A DNA stretch of 64,000 nt, from positions 1 to 64,000 of the IMG/VR virus record IMGVR_UViG_3300044675_005311; one strand, given 5' to 3'. The stretch's first letter is position 1. Every line of letters starts with the position of its first letter. Of the stretch, positions 46,782 to 56,922 are shown piece after piece. A program made the position numbers and the translations under genes. The notes beneath the pieces are model-generated. The model was given only the letters and a program-made list of their open reading frames with translations. It ran no database searches and was not told the DNA's origin. This DNA is from a virus.

Positions 46782-47566
46782 AATACAAAGTAACCACGGA
46801 CTATGCCCCCCTCACACTTTTAGTGAAAATCACTACGCCAAAAGCGGAGAAGATTCATTTGCGGGTATATGATGCCTCAAACCCCGAACGTAAATTTACC
46901 GAAAGGTGGAAAACCATTACGGGCGAAGAAACTTTTCATATTCGTATGCCACTTACACCCGAAATTGCGGTTGTAGAGGCTTATAGCGATAGAATGGGGC
47001 AAGGTGTAAAGAAAGATGCGGAAACGTCTTTTAGCATAACCTCCGTGTCTAAAGCACCACTAGAGCGAAGGATTGACCTTGGCGATATTGGAAATGCACA
47101 AATAAGAAATTTCGTTGACTTTGCTCAAAAGTTTTGTTTCAATGCGGGTACACTTGCAACGGACACAACGTATCAAAGTGACGATGGCAATTATTTTATC
47201 AACTACGTGAAAAACATCGTTGGTAACAATGGCCAAATATTAACCACCCCCGCCCGTATCGGACGGAAGAGTGGAATGATTCAAGTAGCAAAAACTTCGT
47301 TTGACAAATTCACTATCCCTATGCGGATGGCAATTTTATTACACGAGTTCTCGCATTTTTACTTGAACGAGAAAATTGATGATGAAATGGAAGCGGACTT
47401 GAACGGCTTATTGATTTACCTAGGACTTGGTTATCCAAGGATTGAGGCTTATCAAGCGTTCCTAGAAACTTTCAAAGAGAAACCAACCCAACAAAACAAA
47501 GCGCGTTACGACTTGATTAACAAGTTTATAAACGACTTTGAAAAAATGAACATCGTAATACAATAA
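46778..47566 (+). CDS. zincin-like metalloprotease (candidate maturation protease)
   Basis: AILLHEFSH...EMEAD (HExxH plus downstream ExxAD). Confidence 0.75.
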   Translation: MKYKVTTDYAPLTLLVKITTPKAEKIHLRVYDASNPERKFTERWKTITGEETFHIRMPLTPEIAVVEAYSDRMGQGVKKDAETSFSITSVSKAPLERRIDLGDIGNAQIRNFVDFAQKFCFNAGTLATDTTYQSDDGNYFINYVKNIVGNNGQILTTPARIGRKSGMIQVAKTSFDKFTIPMRMAILLHEFSHFYLNEKIDDEMEADLNGLLIYLGLGYPRIEAYQAFLETFKEKPTQQNKARYDLINKFINDFEKMNIVIQ

Positions 47567-47568
47567 CA

Positions 47569-48030
47569 ATGGCGGTAACAACTTGGAATATAGCACCCGA
47601 CTACGACCAATGGGGTAGTGACACTTGGTGGAAATGTGACGAATGGATAGCGTGGCACAAACGCTTGAAAGAACATTTTGGCTCGGAAAGGGCTAAACTT
47701 ATTTTTAACTATGCTTACGCCCAAGGTTCGGAATTTTCGGGTCATCGTGATTGTAGAACTTTCAATAGTGCATTTCGTAAATACGCGAGAGAAGAAGGTT
47801 TAGACACTTACGCGAGTGTTACGATTCCTATTTTACCACAAATATTGAATCTTACGGGTAGTGGTCTTGAATTGCTTGATGACACATCAAATGTTGTATC
47901 GGGTATTGGTGAGAGTATTGGGAGTATATTCGGTGGCAATGGCAAAACATTGAAAGTAATTATTTTTGGCGCATTGGGTTTGTCGGTTGGATATTTAATG
48001 TATCGTGGTTATAAATTGGTAAACAAATGA
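47569..48030 (+). CDS. putative virion membrane protein, C-terminal TM
   Basis: Trp-rich N-terminus; VIIFGALGLSVGYLMYRGYK. Confidence 0.7.
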   Translation: MAVTTWNIAPDYDQWGSDTWWKCDEWIAWHKRLKEHFGSERAKLIFNYAYAQGSEFSGHRDCRTFNSAFRKYAREEGLDTYASVTIPILPQILNLTGSGLELLDDTSNVVSGIGESIGSIFGGNGKTLKVIIFGALGLSVGYLMYRGYKLVNK

Positions 48031-48212
48031 ACGAGAATACAAAAACAATATTGACTTATGTTTCGCTTGGATTAGTAGTAGGTATTGGCGGTGCGGTTTT
48101 GTATCGTAGATATAAAATCAAAAAAGGACAATATCAATCAAACGCAAGTACTAACAAGTTGGATGCGGAAATGGAAGCGTTGTTCAAAAAAATTGAGGAG
48201 GTTAAAAAATGA
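48027..48212 (+). CDS. single-pass membrane protein
   Basis: ILTYVSLGLVVGIGGAVLYRRYK. Confidence 0.7.
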   Translation: MNENTKTILTYVSLGLVVGIGGAVLYRRYKIKKGQYQSNASTNKLDAEMEALFKKIEEVKK

Positions 48213-48724
48213 AAATCAATAAGAAGTACATATACCCTTTAATCGCCGTCGCTATTGCGGGTGGCATTTTTTTGTTGGTGACTAAAAAGAAACCCAAAAG
48301 TGGTGGCAATGGTAGTACACCGCCCGAACCCCCACAAGATGCTAGTGAAATTAGTGCGGAACAAAAGAAAATTGATGCGCCTTTAAACACAATATTGGCT
48401 AATAAAAATGCCAATGTGCTTATCAAAAACAAAAAGATATTGTCTAAAATTCCAAATGCAAAGGGTAGATATTCACCTTATGTGAATGATGGTTTTGTAG
48501 AGAACATATATGCGAGTGTGGCCAATGCAAATACATTGATAGGTACGGCGGTTGGTGCGGTGAACGATAAGGGTTCAACAATCAATCCAAGTACAAATAG
48601 ACCTTTTGTATGGGTGCAAGTTAAATTGTCAAAAGCGGTGTTTGACGCGTTTCAAGAACAAAGAAGTTTTTACGAACGCGCCGATGAAACCGCATATTTT
48701 AGAGAGGACGTAATCAAATTATAA
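48209..48724 (+). CDS. membrane-anchored protein
   Basis: YIYPLIAVAIAGGIFLLVTKKK. Confidence 0.7.
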   Translation: MKINKKYIYPLIAVAIAGGIFLLVTKKKPKSGGNGSTPPEPPQDASEISAEQKKIDAPLNTILANKNANVLIKNKKILSKIPNAKGRYSPYVNDGFVENIYASVANANTLIGTAVGAVNDKGSTINPSTNRPFVWVQVKLSKAVFDAFQEQRSFYERADETAYFREDVIKL

Positions 48725-48725
48725 T

Positions 48726-49400
48726 ATGAAAATTGATAAAAACATAAAATACGCTTTGTATTTCGGTGGTGCATTACTTGCAACTTATGTAGTAATAAAA
48801 CTAGTACAAAATGCCAAAGGTGGTGATGGTGATGCCGATGCTACACCCACGCCCGAAACACCAACTACACCTAAAAAGATGGGATTAACCCCATTACAAA
48901 TCAAACAAGAAGAGTTACAATCTTTGTTGGGTTTTGTAGGGGCGGACGTTGACCACATTATTGGGAAAAACACCATTTCGGCTTATAACAAGTTGAACTT
49001 GGGATTGGGAATTACCCTTTCTCAAACTACGCCTATATCCGATTTGCAAAAAATCATCGACACTATCGTTGCCAAAAATAGAAGCGCAAAAGCAAATGCA
49101 ACGGGAACGGCTTTAAGACAACGCTCGGCGGATATGGTACAAGCGTGGTCAAAGAACCCAACGGGTGTTTTGAGTGCATTGAGAACAACTAAATTGATTT
49201 TGGTGAACTTGGATAAGACAACGAACAAATACGTTGCCACGGCTCAAGCATACACTTATAGCCCTAGCGATAAATTCACTAGAGCGCAGTTGGGTGTACT
49301 TAGCCAAGCGGTAGGTTTTAACCAACCTTGGTATATCGTATTCAAGAATAGTAACGGAACAACATTGTTAGCAAATCCAAACGATTGGATTATTAAATAA
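48726..49400 (+). CDS. membrane-anchored protein with peptidoglycan-binding-like motif
   Basis: N-terminal TM; ELQSLLG....VDHIIGKNTISAY. Confidence 0.6.
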   Translation: MKIDKNIKYALYFGGALLATYVVIKLVQNAKGGDGDADATPTPETPTTPKKMGLTPLQIKQEELQSLLGFVGADVDHIIGKNTISAYNKLNLGLGITLSQTTPISDLQKIIDTIVAKNRSAKANATGTALRQRSADMVQAWSKNPTGVLSALRTTKLILVNLDKTTNKYVATAQAYTYSPSDKFTRAQLGVLSQAVGFNQPWYIVFKNSNGTTLLANPNDWIIK

Positions 49401-49407
49401 AAACGAA

Positions 49408-49992
49408 ATGGAAATAGATGTATTTTACCAAAACGACGATATGGCCTTTGGCTTTACGGGTGACGAAAAGCCAATGAATGACGATTATGCGTTCGCAAAA
49501 AACGCGATTGACGGATTCGTTGATGTAGACTATTCGTATGCTAATGGTGGGCCATTTAAACAAAGCGGATTCAACGATGTAAGCGATAGCGTTAATGCTA
49601 CGGGTCGTGAAGGAGAAGTTGAAAAGTGGTGGCCATTAACGGATGCCGATAAAAAGGATTGCAAAGTCTTGGAGGGTAAAATGACCGCATTGCAACGCAC
49701 GATTGCCACCGAAGAAAAGAATATGAGTACTTATAAGGCGGGTGATAAGCGTGTTAAGCAAGAATACTTGAACCTTTATAAGAAGCGTTTGGATTTTTTT
49801 AAGACGGCTTACGATAATGCGGGTTGCGAACTTGCAAAGACGGAAGCGGAAAACAAAGAGTTCGATAAGTTATTGAGCCAAGTAACGGGTTCAACCGATA
49901 ATTCTAAAACGGGTACATACGTCCTTGTTATTGGCGGTGTGTTGGTTTTGGGTATCGTAGGATTCCTAATGTATAGAAAGTTTAAAAAATAA
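49408..49992 (+). CDS. putative virion membrane protein, C-terminal TM
   Basis: FGFTG, YSYANGG, SVNATG; YVLVIGGVLVLGIVGFLMYRKFKK. Confidence 0.7.
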   Translation: MEIDVFYQNDDMAFGFTGDEKPMNDDYAFAKNAIDGFVDVDYSYANGGPFKQSGFNDVSDSVNATGREGEVEKWWPLTDADKKDCKVLEGKMTALQRTIATEEKNMSTYKAGDKRVKQEYLNLYKKRLDFFKTAYDNAGCELAKTEAENKEFDKLLSQVTGSTDNSKTGTYVLVIGGVLVLGIVGFLMYRKFKK

Positions 49993-49993
49993 G

Positions 49994-50785
49994 ATGATGA
50001 AATTGACTTGGACAAATACGGAGTGGGACAACTTTAGTGGTGTCGCCTCACAAGATAACTTATTGATGCTTAATGCGGGTAATGACTTTTTAAACGCCAC
50101 GGGTGACAATACAATGTTGGACGACAAGGAAATCAAACGTAGGATTAATAATTTGAATCCGTTGGCTAAAAAAGATACTAAATGGAACATAGTTACCGAC
50201 CCTACCCAAACTCAAATTAATGGTGCAAAAGACTATTATAACGGGATATTAAAGTATGATGCAAAAACGTCTTTGGATGTTTTAAATTCATTGTTGGAAA
50301 AAGCCAACTACGAAAAAGTACAATGGCAAAACCAAGAAAATACGGGTAAAGACGGAATACGATATGCTAACTCGACCGATAAAAGTGAAATTAGCACCAT
50401 TCAAAGCGCGGGTAAGGCTAAAGCGAATATAAAAGCATTGACCGATTATATCATTCCCAATTTAGAAAAGGCTATTGCCCAAGCGGTTGCTCTTAAAGAA
50501 AAGGCCGATGCGTTAAAAGCGAAAGCCGAAGCGGATGCTAAAGCAAAAGCGGAAGCGGATGCTAAAGCAAAAGAAGAGGCGGATGCAAAAGCAAAAATGA
50601 AAGGTTTAACCGACCAATTGCTTACCGCTAAAACGCCCGAAGATAGAGCGCGTATTCAAGCGGAAATTGATGCGTTGGCGGGTAATGTGGCAAAAACAAC
50701 GGGAACGTCTAAATTAGTTATTTATGCGGTTGCGGGACTTGCTATCATTGGAGTTGCTTATATGTTGTTAAAAAGAAAAGCGTAA
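49994..50785 (+). CDS. putative virion membrane protein with AKAKAEAD repeats, C-terminal TM
   Basis: WDNFSG, FLNATG; LVIYAVAGLAIIGVAYMLLKRK. Confidence 0.7.
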   Translation: MMKLTWTNTEWDNFSGVASQDNLLMLNAGNDFLNATGDNTMLDDKEIKRRINNLNPLAKKDTKWNIVTDPTQTQINGAKDYYNGILKYDAKTSLDVLNSLLEKANYEKVQWQNQENTGKDGIRYANSTDKSEISTIQSAGKAKANIKALTDYIIPNLEKAIAQAVALKEKADALKAKAEADAKAKAEADAKAKEEADAKAKMKGLTDQLLTAKTPEDRARIQAEIDALAGNVAKTTGTSKLVIYAVAGLAIIGVAYMLLKRKA

Positions 50786-51051
50786 TGACACAAGATTTTG
50801 AAGCATTTTTTGCAAACACGGGTGTTGACGAAGCGAAATTCGCCAACGATGTAGCCACGGCCAAAACTTTCGGAATGAAGTTTGAAGAAACTTTTAAGCC
50901 CGAAATTTCTAGTCGAATTGAAGAAATCAAACAACGCTCGGAAAGGCTTAACGCCAAAGAACCCGTTGTGTTAGGATTGCCAAATGGTTTTCTTTACACC
51001 CTAATCGGAACGGCTATTGTTTATTTTGCTTGGAAACTAATTTTAGACTAA
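50785..51051 (+). CDS. membrane protein, C-terminal TM
   Basis: FLYTLIGTAIVYFAWKLIL. Confidence 0.65.
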   Translation: MTQDFEAFFANTGVDEAKFANDVATAKTFGMKFEETFKPEISSRIEEIKQRSERLNAKEPVVLGLPNGFLYTLIGTAIVYFAWKLILD

Positions 51052-51551
51052 TGAAAGCGGACAAAGTATTACTAGTAGTCGGTGCGGGACTTGCGGGTGC
51101 TACAATCGTGCGATATATCTATCGTAACGTGTTACTAGCAAACCAATGGGATTATAGCGTTGATGGGTTTGTATTGACCCAAATAGTTCCCCAAGCGCAA
51201 GGTATCGTATATCTTACATTCATCAATAAGAGTAACTTTAAAGCGGTTATCAAAGACATTGATGTAAAGGTGTTCACCAACAATGCGCAAATCGGTTCTA
51301 TTACCGAACCCAATGAAACCACTATCGAACCAAACGGCAAGTCAAGGGTTAAATTAACTTTATCTTTTGACCCAAAGTCGGTATTGAACAATTGGCGTTC
51401 TTTAATAGCAAGTGCATTGACTACCAAGGATGTTCCTTTAGATTTTGTTGGTACGTTCAAGGTTAAGACGTTATTCGGATTCACCGCTATTCCTATTCGT
51501 TTTTCAACAACGGGAAAAGAGTTGAAGTCGCTTTACGATACTTATTATTAA
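51051..51551 (+). CDS. membrane-anchored LEA_2-like beta-sandwich protein
   Basis: N-terminal TM; LTFINKSNF...IG.I.....IEPNGKS.V.L; ATG 51051. Confidence 0.65.
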   Translation: MKADKVLLVVGAGLAGATIVRYIYRNVLLANQWDYSVDGFVLTQIVPQAQGIVYLTFINKSNFKAVIKDIDVKVFTNNAQIGSITEPNETTIEPNGKSRVKLTLSFDPKSVLNNWRSLIASALTTKDVPLDFVGTFKVKTLFGFTAIPIRFSTTGKELKSLYDTYY

Positions 51552-51589
51552 GAGTTTATATTTGTAGTAAATATTTAAAAATATAAGAT

Positions 51590-51991
51590 ATGTTAGGAGA
51601 AATGTTTGGAGGTAAGATTGCAAATGACTTTGTTAAAGGCATCAAGTCAATTGCAAAAACCCACGAAGTAGAGTACACAAATGTTCAAATCCGTTTGACC
51701 TTTAGTGGAAATGAGGAAAGTCCAATCAAGTATGAAAAATGCTTAGAATGGCAACCAAAAGGTGAAGTCACCTACAAGCGCATAATGAATATCAATATGG
51801 ACTTGTTGGGGCAAGAGAATATGGTTACTCCGATTATTCTACAAAGTATGGTTAAGCAAGGCGAAGAGAATGAAATAGACCCAAGTGAATTGAGTGTCTA
51901 TCTTTTTGCAAAGGATGAGAAAATAGGTGTTGCGATATTCAAAGGGTTAACTCACGTTAAAGTATGCCCTATCGCAAAACTATTTGAATAA
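51590..51991 (+). CDS. hypothetical protein
   Basis: 133-aa ORF after TATATTTG (51557-51564). Confidence 0.7.
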   Translation: MLGEMFGGKIANDFVKGIKSIAKTHEVEYTNVQIRLTFSGNEESPIKYEKCLEWQPKGEVTYKRIMNINMDLLGQENMVTPIILQSMVKQGEENEIDPSELSVYLFAKDEKIGVAIFKGLTHVKVCPIAKLFE

Positions 51992-51992
51992 T

Positions 51993-53762
51993 ATGCCACA
52001 AGTAACCAAATCACTATCGGGAAATATCGAGGTACTAAGTGCCAACGGGTTGTCAACTTTTGTAGACGATAACGACGGCCTACTCAAAATCAAAGATACA
52101 AATGGTATCGTTCAACCTATAACCGACTACACGGGCGGTGGGAGTGGTGGAGGTGTTGCGGGTTCATTGAGAACCTATAATTGTTTACCATTGACCTCGT
52201 CGCTAACGTGTATTAGTGATGGTTGTGGGAATATAAGCCCACTTAAATTGTCAACTTGCTTTATGACCAACTATGGTAATGGTGGCGTTACAAGTAATGT
52301 GGTTTTTGGAGATGGCGTTTTACAAGCAAATACAACGGGTAGTGAATTGAGCGCATTCGGTAATGATGCGTTGAAGTGCAATAGTACGGGTACGGCAAAT
52401 AGCGCGTTTGGTAGAGGGGCATTGTTGTCTACTACAAGCGGTTCTTATAACACGGCTTTTGGTGTTGTGGCCTTAGAAAATAATACAACGGGTGCATTAA
52501 ATAATGCGGTCGGAGTTTCTTCATTACGATACAATACAACGGGTAGTTTTAACAATGCTTTTGGTACTTTAGCATTAAGACAAAATACCACGGGTGATAA
52601 CAACAATGCTTTTGGATTAAGTGCATTACAAAACAATGTATCGGGAACTCAAAATGTTGCGATAGGTACACAAAGTTTATTGAGTAACACAACGGGTAGC
52701 AATAATATTGGAGTAGGTACAGCGTCATTGGGTGCAAATCTTGTGGGTAGTGGTAATACCGCCGTTGGTAGGAATGCTCTTAGTAGTAATACTAATTCAA
52801 GCAATAGTGCATTTGGTTTTTGTGCTTTGACAACTAATTCAAGTGGAGGATTTAACACGGCAATAGGCACACAATCCTTATTCTCAAATACTACCGCATC
52901 TTGTAACACCGCTATGGGCTATCAAGCGGGATATTCAAACACAACCGCCGTTAACAACTCATTCTTCGGTTCTAATGCGGGTCGTACAAATACCACGGGT
53001 GGTGGGAACACCGCAATTGGTACTTGTGCCTTTAATTTGAACTCTACGGGAACGGGTAATACGGCATTGGGTTACGTAGCGTTGCAAAACAATACCAACT
53101 CGAATAACACGGGTCTTGGCTATCGCTCTCTTATTTGTAACACAAGCGGTTCTCAAAATACGGGGGTTGGTGTGGATGCTCTTTTTGGCAATACAACCGC
53201 ATCGGGTAGTGTGGCCGTCGGGTATCAAGCGTTAAATTTTAATAACGCGGATTGTAATACCGCCGTAGGTTATCAAGCGGGATTTAACAATAGCACGGGA
53301 AGTATTGTTGCTTTTGGCAATAAAGCGGGATTCTCAAATTGTACGGGAATAAATAATACCGCAATAGGATTTCAATCGTTGTGTGCAAACAGCACGAACA
53401 ACAATAATAGCGCAGTGGGGTATCAAGCATTATTATGCACCACTGGCGCTAATAACACCGCTTTTGGATATCAAGCAGGTTGTGGCAATACGGGAGGGGG
53501 GAGTAATGTTTTTATAGGATTACAAGCGGGGGCTACTAATATGTTGGGGGCAAGTAATTCACTTCTAGGCTATCAGACAGATACAGGCACGTTTAGCGGT
53601 AGTGTTATTTTAGGTCGAAATGCAACAGCAACAGCAAATAACCAATTTGTAGTAGGTAGTGCTGCAATAAACGCAGGTGCAGTTACGACGGAAGTCAATA
53701 CCTCTTCTAAAGTATGGAACGTAGTAATTAACGGAGTAGCACAAAAGATTTTATTAGCATAA
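51993..53762 (+). CDS. fibre/spike protein with 14-aa NTA(F/I/V)G beta-solenoid repeats
   Basis: Many NTTG..NTAxG..AL repeats (YadA-head-like); ATG 51993. Confidence 0.8.
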   Translation: MPQVTKSLSGNIEVLSANGLSTFVDDNDGLLKIKDTNGIVQPITDYTGGGSGGGVAGSLRTYNCLPLTSSLTCISDGCGNISPLKLSTCFMTNYGNGGVTSNVVFGDGVLQANTTGSELSAFGNDALKCNSTGTANSAFGRGALLSTTSGSYNTAFGVVALENNTTGALNNAVGVSSLRYNTTGSFNNAFGTLALRQNTTGDNNNAFGLSALQNNVSGTQNVAIGTQSLLSNTTGSNNIGVGTASLGANLVGSGNTAVGRNALSSNTNSSNSAFGFCALTTNSSGGFNTAIGTQSLFSNTTASCNTAMGYQAGYSNTTAVNNSFFGSNAGRTNTTGGGNTAIGTCAFNLNSTGTGNTALGYVALQNNTNSNNTGLGYRSLICNTSGSQNTGVGVDALFGNTTASGSVAVGYQALNFNNADCNTAVGYQAGFNNSTGSIVAFGNKAGFSNCTGINNTAIGFQSLCANSTNNNNSAVGYQALLCTTGANNTAFGYQAGCGNTGGGSNVFIGLQAGATNMLGASNSLLGYQTDTGTFSGSVILGRNATATANNQFVVGSAAINAGAVTTEVNTSSKVWNVVINGVAQKILLA

Positions 53763-53785
53763 AAAAAACAAATTAACTTAGCAAT

Positions 53786-54112
53786 ATGACAAATTATACT
53801 TGGCTCGTAAACACACTTTGGACACAAACCATTGATGGTGAGCAAAACTATGTAGTAATCGCTTCTTACGATGTAACGGGCGTAGATGGTACTTACACCG
53901 CTTCTTTGGGCAATACCGCTCAATTTTCAACCGCATCCGTGTCGCCTTTCATTCCTTACGAGGACTTGACTAATGACATCGTTGTTGGATGGATTCAACA
54001 AGAGTTGGGTGAAAATGGAATCATTTCCGTTGAAGCGTGTATTCAAGGGCAAATTGATTCTCAAAAGAATCCCCCCGTTTCACCACAAGTGACCCCATTG
54101 CCTTGGGCCTAA
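53786..54112 (+). CDS. fibre-associated small protein
   Basis: YTW...FIPYEDLT...VGWI...LPW; directly after the fibre gene. Confidence 0.65.
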   Translation: MTNYTWLVNTLWTQTIDGEQNYVVIASYDVTGVDGTYTASLGNTAQFSTASVSPFIPYEDLTNDIVVGWIQQELGENGIISVEACIQGQIDSQKNPPVSPQVTPLPWA

Positions 54113-54153
54113 TTGCCCAACAACCGATAAGCCATAGTTATACAAAACGACTT

Positions 54154-54190
54154 GCCCACCTTGTTTAAGACATCGTGGGTTTTGTTGTTT
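54154..54190 (+). terminator. possible Rho-independent terminator
   Basis: GCCCAC...GTGGGT followed by TTTGTTGTTT. Confidence 0.5.
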
Positions 54191-54281
54191 ATATAGTGTC
54201 TATAATATCTTTGGCAATAACGAAATTACTATTGTTTACTTTCTAACTAATTCATAACTTGCGACATCAAATGTTGCATAT

Positions 54282-55157
54282 ATGAATATTATCTTTCAAA
54301 TTGATGGGGGATTGGGTAAGTGCATTATGGCTACCGCCATTTGCGAAACAATCAAAAGACATCACCCCGAAGCACGACTTATCGTCGTTAGCGGTTATCC
54401 CGAAGTGTTTATTAACAACCCTTGGGTTGATAGAACCTACGCTTTCGGCCAACAACAATACTTTTACGAAGAGTTTATCGCCAATCAAGAGGTAAAGGTT
54501 CACGCCCACAACCCTTATTTGGAAACGGCTCACATTCAACGTAGCGAACACTTGCTTAAAACTTGGGCAAAAATGTTTGGCTACCAATACAATGGCGAAT
54601 ACCCGCAACTTTATTTCACCAATCGTGAGAAAGAGTTCTTCGCGCAAAAGTACACGTCGGATAGGCCGATTATGGTGATTCAAACCAATGGTGGTGCGCC
54701 TAACCAAGAAACAAAGTATTCTTGGGCTAGGGATATTCCACAAGCGACGGCTCAAAAGGTAGTTGACCATTTTGCAAAAGACTATCTAGTATGTCACATT
54801 CGTAGGGACGACCAACCCGCATTGAATAATACTATTCAAGTTTCGGACAATTTCCGTTCTATGTGTGTGCTATTGATGGTGAGTAAAAAGAGGTTGTTGA
54901 TTGATTCATTCGCCCAACACGCTTGTGCTTCGCTTCACCTACCATCCGTGGTATGTTGGATAGGGAATAGCGAAGGTTGTTTCGGTTTTGACACTCACGT
55001 CAACATCAAATCAAACCCTTGGACAAAGAAACCCGAATTGCGTAATGCTTACCTTGGGTTGTTCGATATTAGCGGAAATCCACTTGAAATTCCTTACACA
55101 AACGAATCTGAGATATTCGATGCGGATGTTTTAATTGAGGCCGTAGAGAAATTATAA
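54282..55157 (+). CDS. GT9-like glycosyltransferase
   Basis: IDGGLGKCIMAT, YPEVFINNP, IDSFAQHACA. Confidence 0.75.
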   Translation: MNIIFQIDGGLGKCIMATAICETIKRHHPEARLIVVSGYPEVFINNPWVDRTYAFGQQQYFYEEFIANQEVKVHAHNPYLETAHIQRSEHLLKTWAKMFGYQYNGEYPQLYFTNREKEFFAQKYTSDRPIMVIQTNGGAPNQETKYSWARDIPQATAQKVVDHFAKDYLVCHIRRDDQPALNNTIQVSDNFRSMCVLLMVSKKRLLIDSFAQHACASLHLPSVVCWIGNSEGCFGFDTHVNIKSNPWTKKPELRNAYLGLFDISGNPLEIPYTNESEIFDADVLIEAVEKL

Positions 55158-55735
55158 TGGAAAACGAGGTTTGGAAAGACGTTGCCATTGAGCCTTGGGG
55201 TGAATTTTACCAAGTAAGTAATTTAGGTAGGGTTCGTTCAAAACAAAGAAGGGGTGTAAAAAAATATAAAAATGGATTAGAGCAAAAGTTTCTTGTAAAA
55301 TCAAAAATTTTGAAAAATAGATTTTTACTTGGTTATGACCGAGTTAATTTTTATCATAAAAACTATGGTTACAAGCATTATTTTGTACATAGAATCATAT
55401 ATATGACTTTTGTAGGCAATCCAATCAATAATAATATGCAAATCAATCATAAAAATGGAAACAAAAGTGATAATCGGTTGGAAAATTTAGAGTGGGTAAC
55501 TCCGTCGGATAATATTTATCACGCATATAATAATGGTCTCATAAAAAAGAGATTTGGTAAAGACAACTATGCGTCAAAAAGAGTTCAACAACTATCTATT
55601 GATGGGCAATTGATACAAGAATTTGACGCAATTAACGATATAAAAAGGATTACAAAATTTGATGGTCATTATATTATTAGTGCATTAAAAGGTAGACGGG
55701 CAACCGCTTACGGATTCAAATGGAAATATATTTAA
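55157..55735 (+). CDS. NUMOD4-HNH(-NUMOD1) homing endonuclease
   Basis: EVWKD...YQVSNLGRVRS; VHR...INHKNGNKSDNRLENLEWVT; TAYGFKWKY. Confidence 0.9.
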   Translation: MENEVWKDVAIEPWGEFYQVSNLGRVRSKQRRGVKKYKNGLEQKFLVKSKILKNRFLLGYDRVNFYHKNYGYKHYFVHRIIYMTFVGNPINNNMQINHKNGNKSDNRLENLEWVTPSDNIYHAYNNGLIKKRFGKDNYASKRVQQLSIDGQLIQEFDAINDIKRITKFDGHYIISALKGRRATAYGFKWKYI

Positions 55736-55738
55736 GAT

Positions 55739-56560
55739 ATGGTAGAAGAAATATTTTTTAACTCTAGCCTACCCCGAAGTGGGTCGACTTTGATTCAAAA
55801 CATCCTTGCAACACGCGAGGATATGTACGCCTCCCCAACAGAAGGCCTTTTGGAGTTGTGGTATGGTGCGCGCGCCAACTACACGGAGAGTCCCGAATTT
55901 AAAGCGCAAGATTCCGAAACAATGAAACGAGCGTTTGCAAGTTTTTGTTATGAAGGTTCATTCGGGTTTTATCGTGCAATTACGGACAAGAAGTATGTAA
56001 TAAGCAAAAGTAGAGGGTACGGAATTTATCGACCTTTCATCGAAACCTTTATGGAAAACCCCAAGGTCATTTGTATGGTTCGTGACCTACGCGACGTATT
56101 TAATTCGTATGAGAAAATTTATCGCCGTAGCCCCGAACGACACGATGGAATTGTTAACCACGCGCAAATGACGGGAACGACGACACCAAAACGGATTGAT
56201 GTATGGGCAAATAGCCAACCTATCGGCCTCGCTATTGAACGCTTATCGGAAATCATACGCCAAGGGTACGATAGTAAAATATTGTTTGTTAAATACGAGG
56301 ATTTATGTTTACATCCCGAAAATGAATTATTCCGCATTGAAGAGTACCTAGGTATTCCACACGCTAAATATGATTTTGACAATATCCCACAATTAACGAA
56401 GGAAGAGGATGGCGCGTTCGGCATAGAAGGTTTGCACACTATTAGACAAAAGGTCGAGCCGTTAATTAGCGATGCTAAACAAGTGTTGGGTCGCGATGTA
56501 ACGAATTGGATTTTCGATAATTACAAATGGTTTTACGATTACTTTAGATATTCAAAATGA
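55739..56560 (+). CDS. sulfotransferase family protein
   Basis: SSLPRSGSTL (PAPS loop), MVRDLRDVFNS, VKYEDL. Confidence 0.85.
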   Translation: MVEEIFFNSSLPRSGSTLIQNILATREDMYASPTEGLLELWYGARANYTESPEFKAQDSETMKRAFASFCYEGSFGFYRAITDKKYVISKSRGYGIYRPFIETFMENPKVICMVRDLRDVFNSYEKIYRRSPERHDGIVNHAQMTGTTTPKRIDVWANSQPIGLAIERLSEIIRQGYDSKILFVKYEDLCLHPENELFRIEEYLGIPHAKYDFDNIPQLTKEEDGAFGIEGLHTIRQKVEPLISDAKQVLGRDVTNWIFDNYKWFYDYFRYSK

Positions 56561-56922
56561 TAACACTAGGAAACAAAGTGGTGATGGTTCGTTTCAATAC
56601 GGACTATCCCGAAAATTCGCCAAAGAAATGGCGCGTATTGGTCGGAGAAGTAATCTTTGACGAAGAACTAAAAGTTGAAAGACTTCTTGAAGGTGAAGCG
56701 TATTTGGTTGACCACGTTAAATCAATTTGCGAAATGACTACTTGGAGTGGAATTGTACCGAGCGGGGCGTTCAAACACCATTTATTGCTTATGGGCGAAC
56801 ACTTTGATGTTAGAGAAGATGAGCAAGGGCAATTGATGGCTATCGTTGGTACTATCAAGCAAGAAGAGGCCAAAGAAGAACCTACGCCCGTAAATCCCGA
56901 ACTAGAACTAGACGCGGAATGA
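56557..56922 (+). CDS. hypothetical protein
   Basis: 121-aa ORF, ATGA overlaps; RFNT...WRV...KHH. Confidence 0.65.
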   Translation: MITLGNKVVMVRFNTDYPENSPKKWRVLVGEVIFDEELKVERLLEGEAYLVDHVKSICEMTTWSGIVPSGAFKHHLLLMGEHFDVREDEQGQLMAIVGTIKQEEAKEEPTPVNPELELDAE

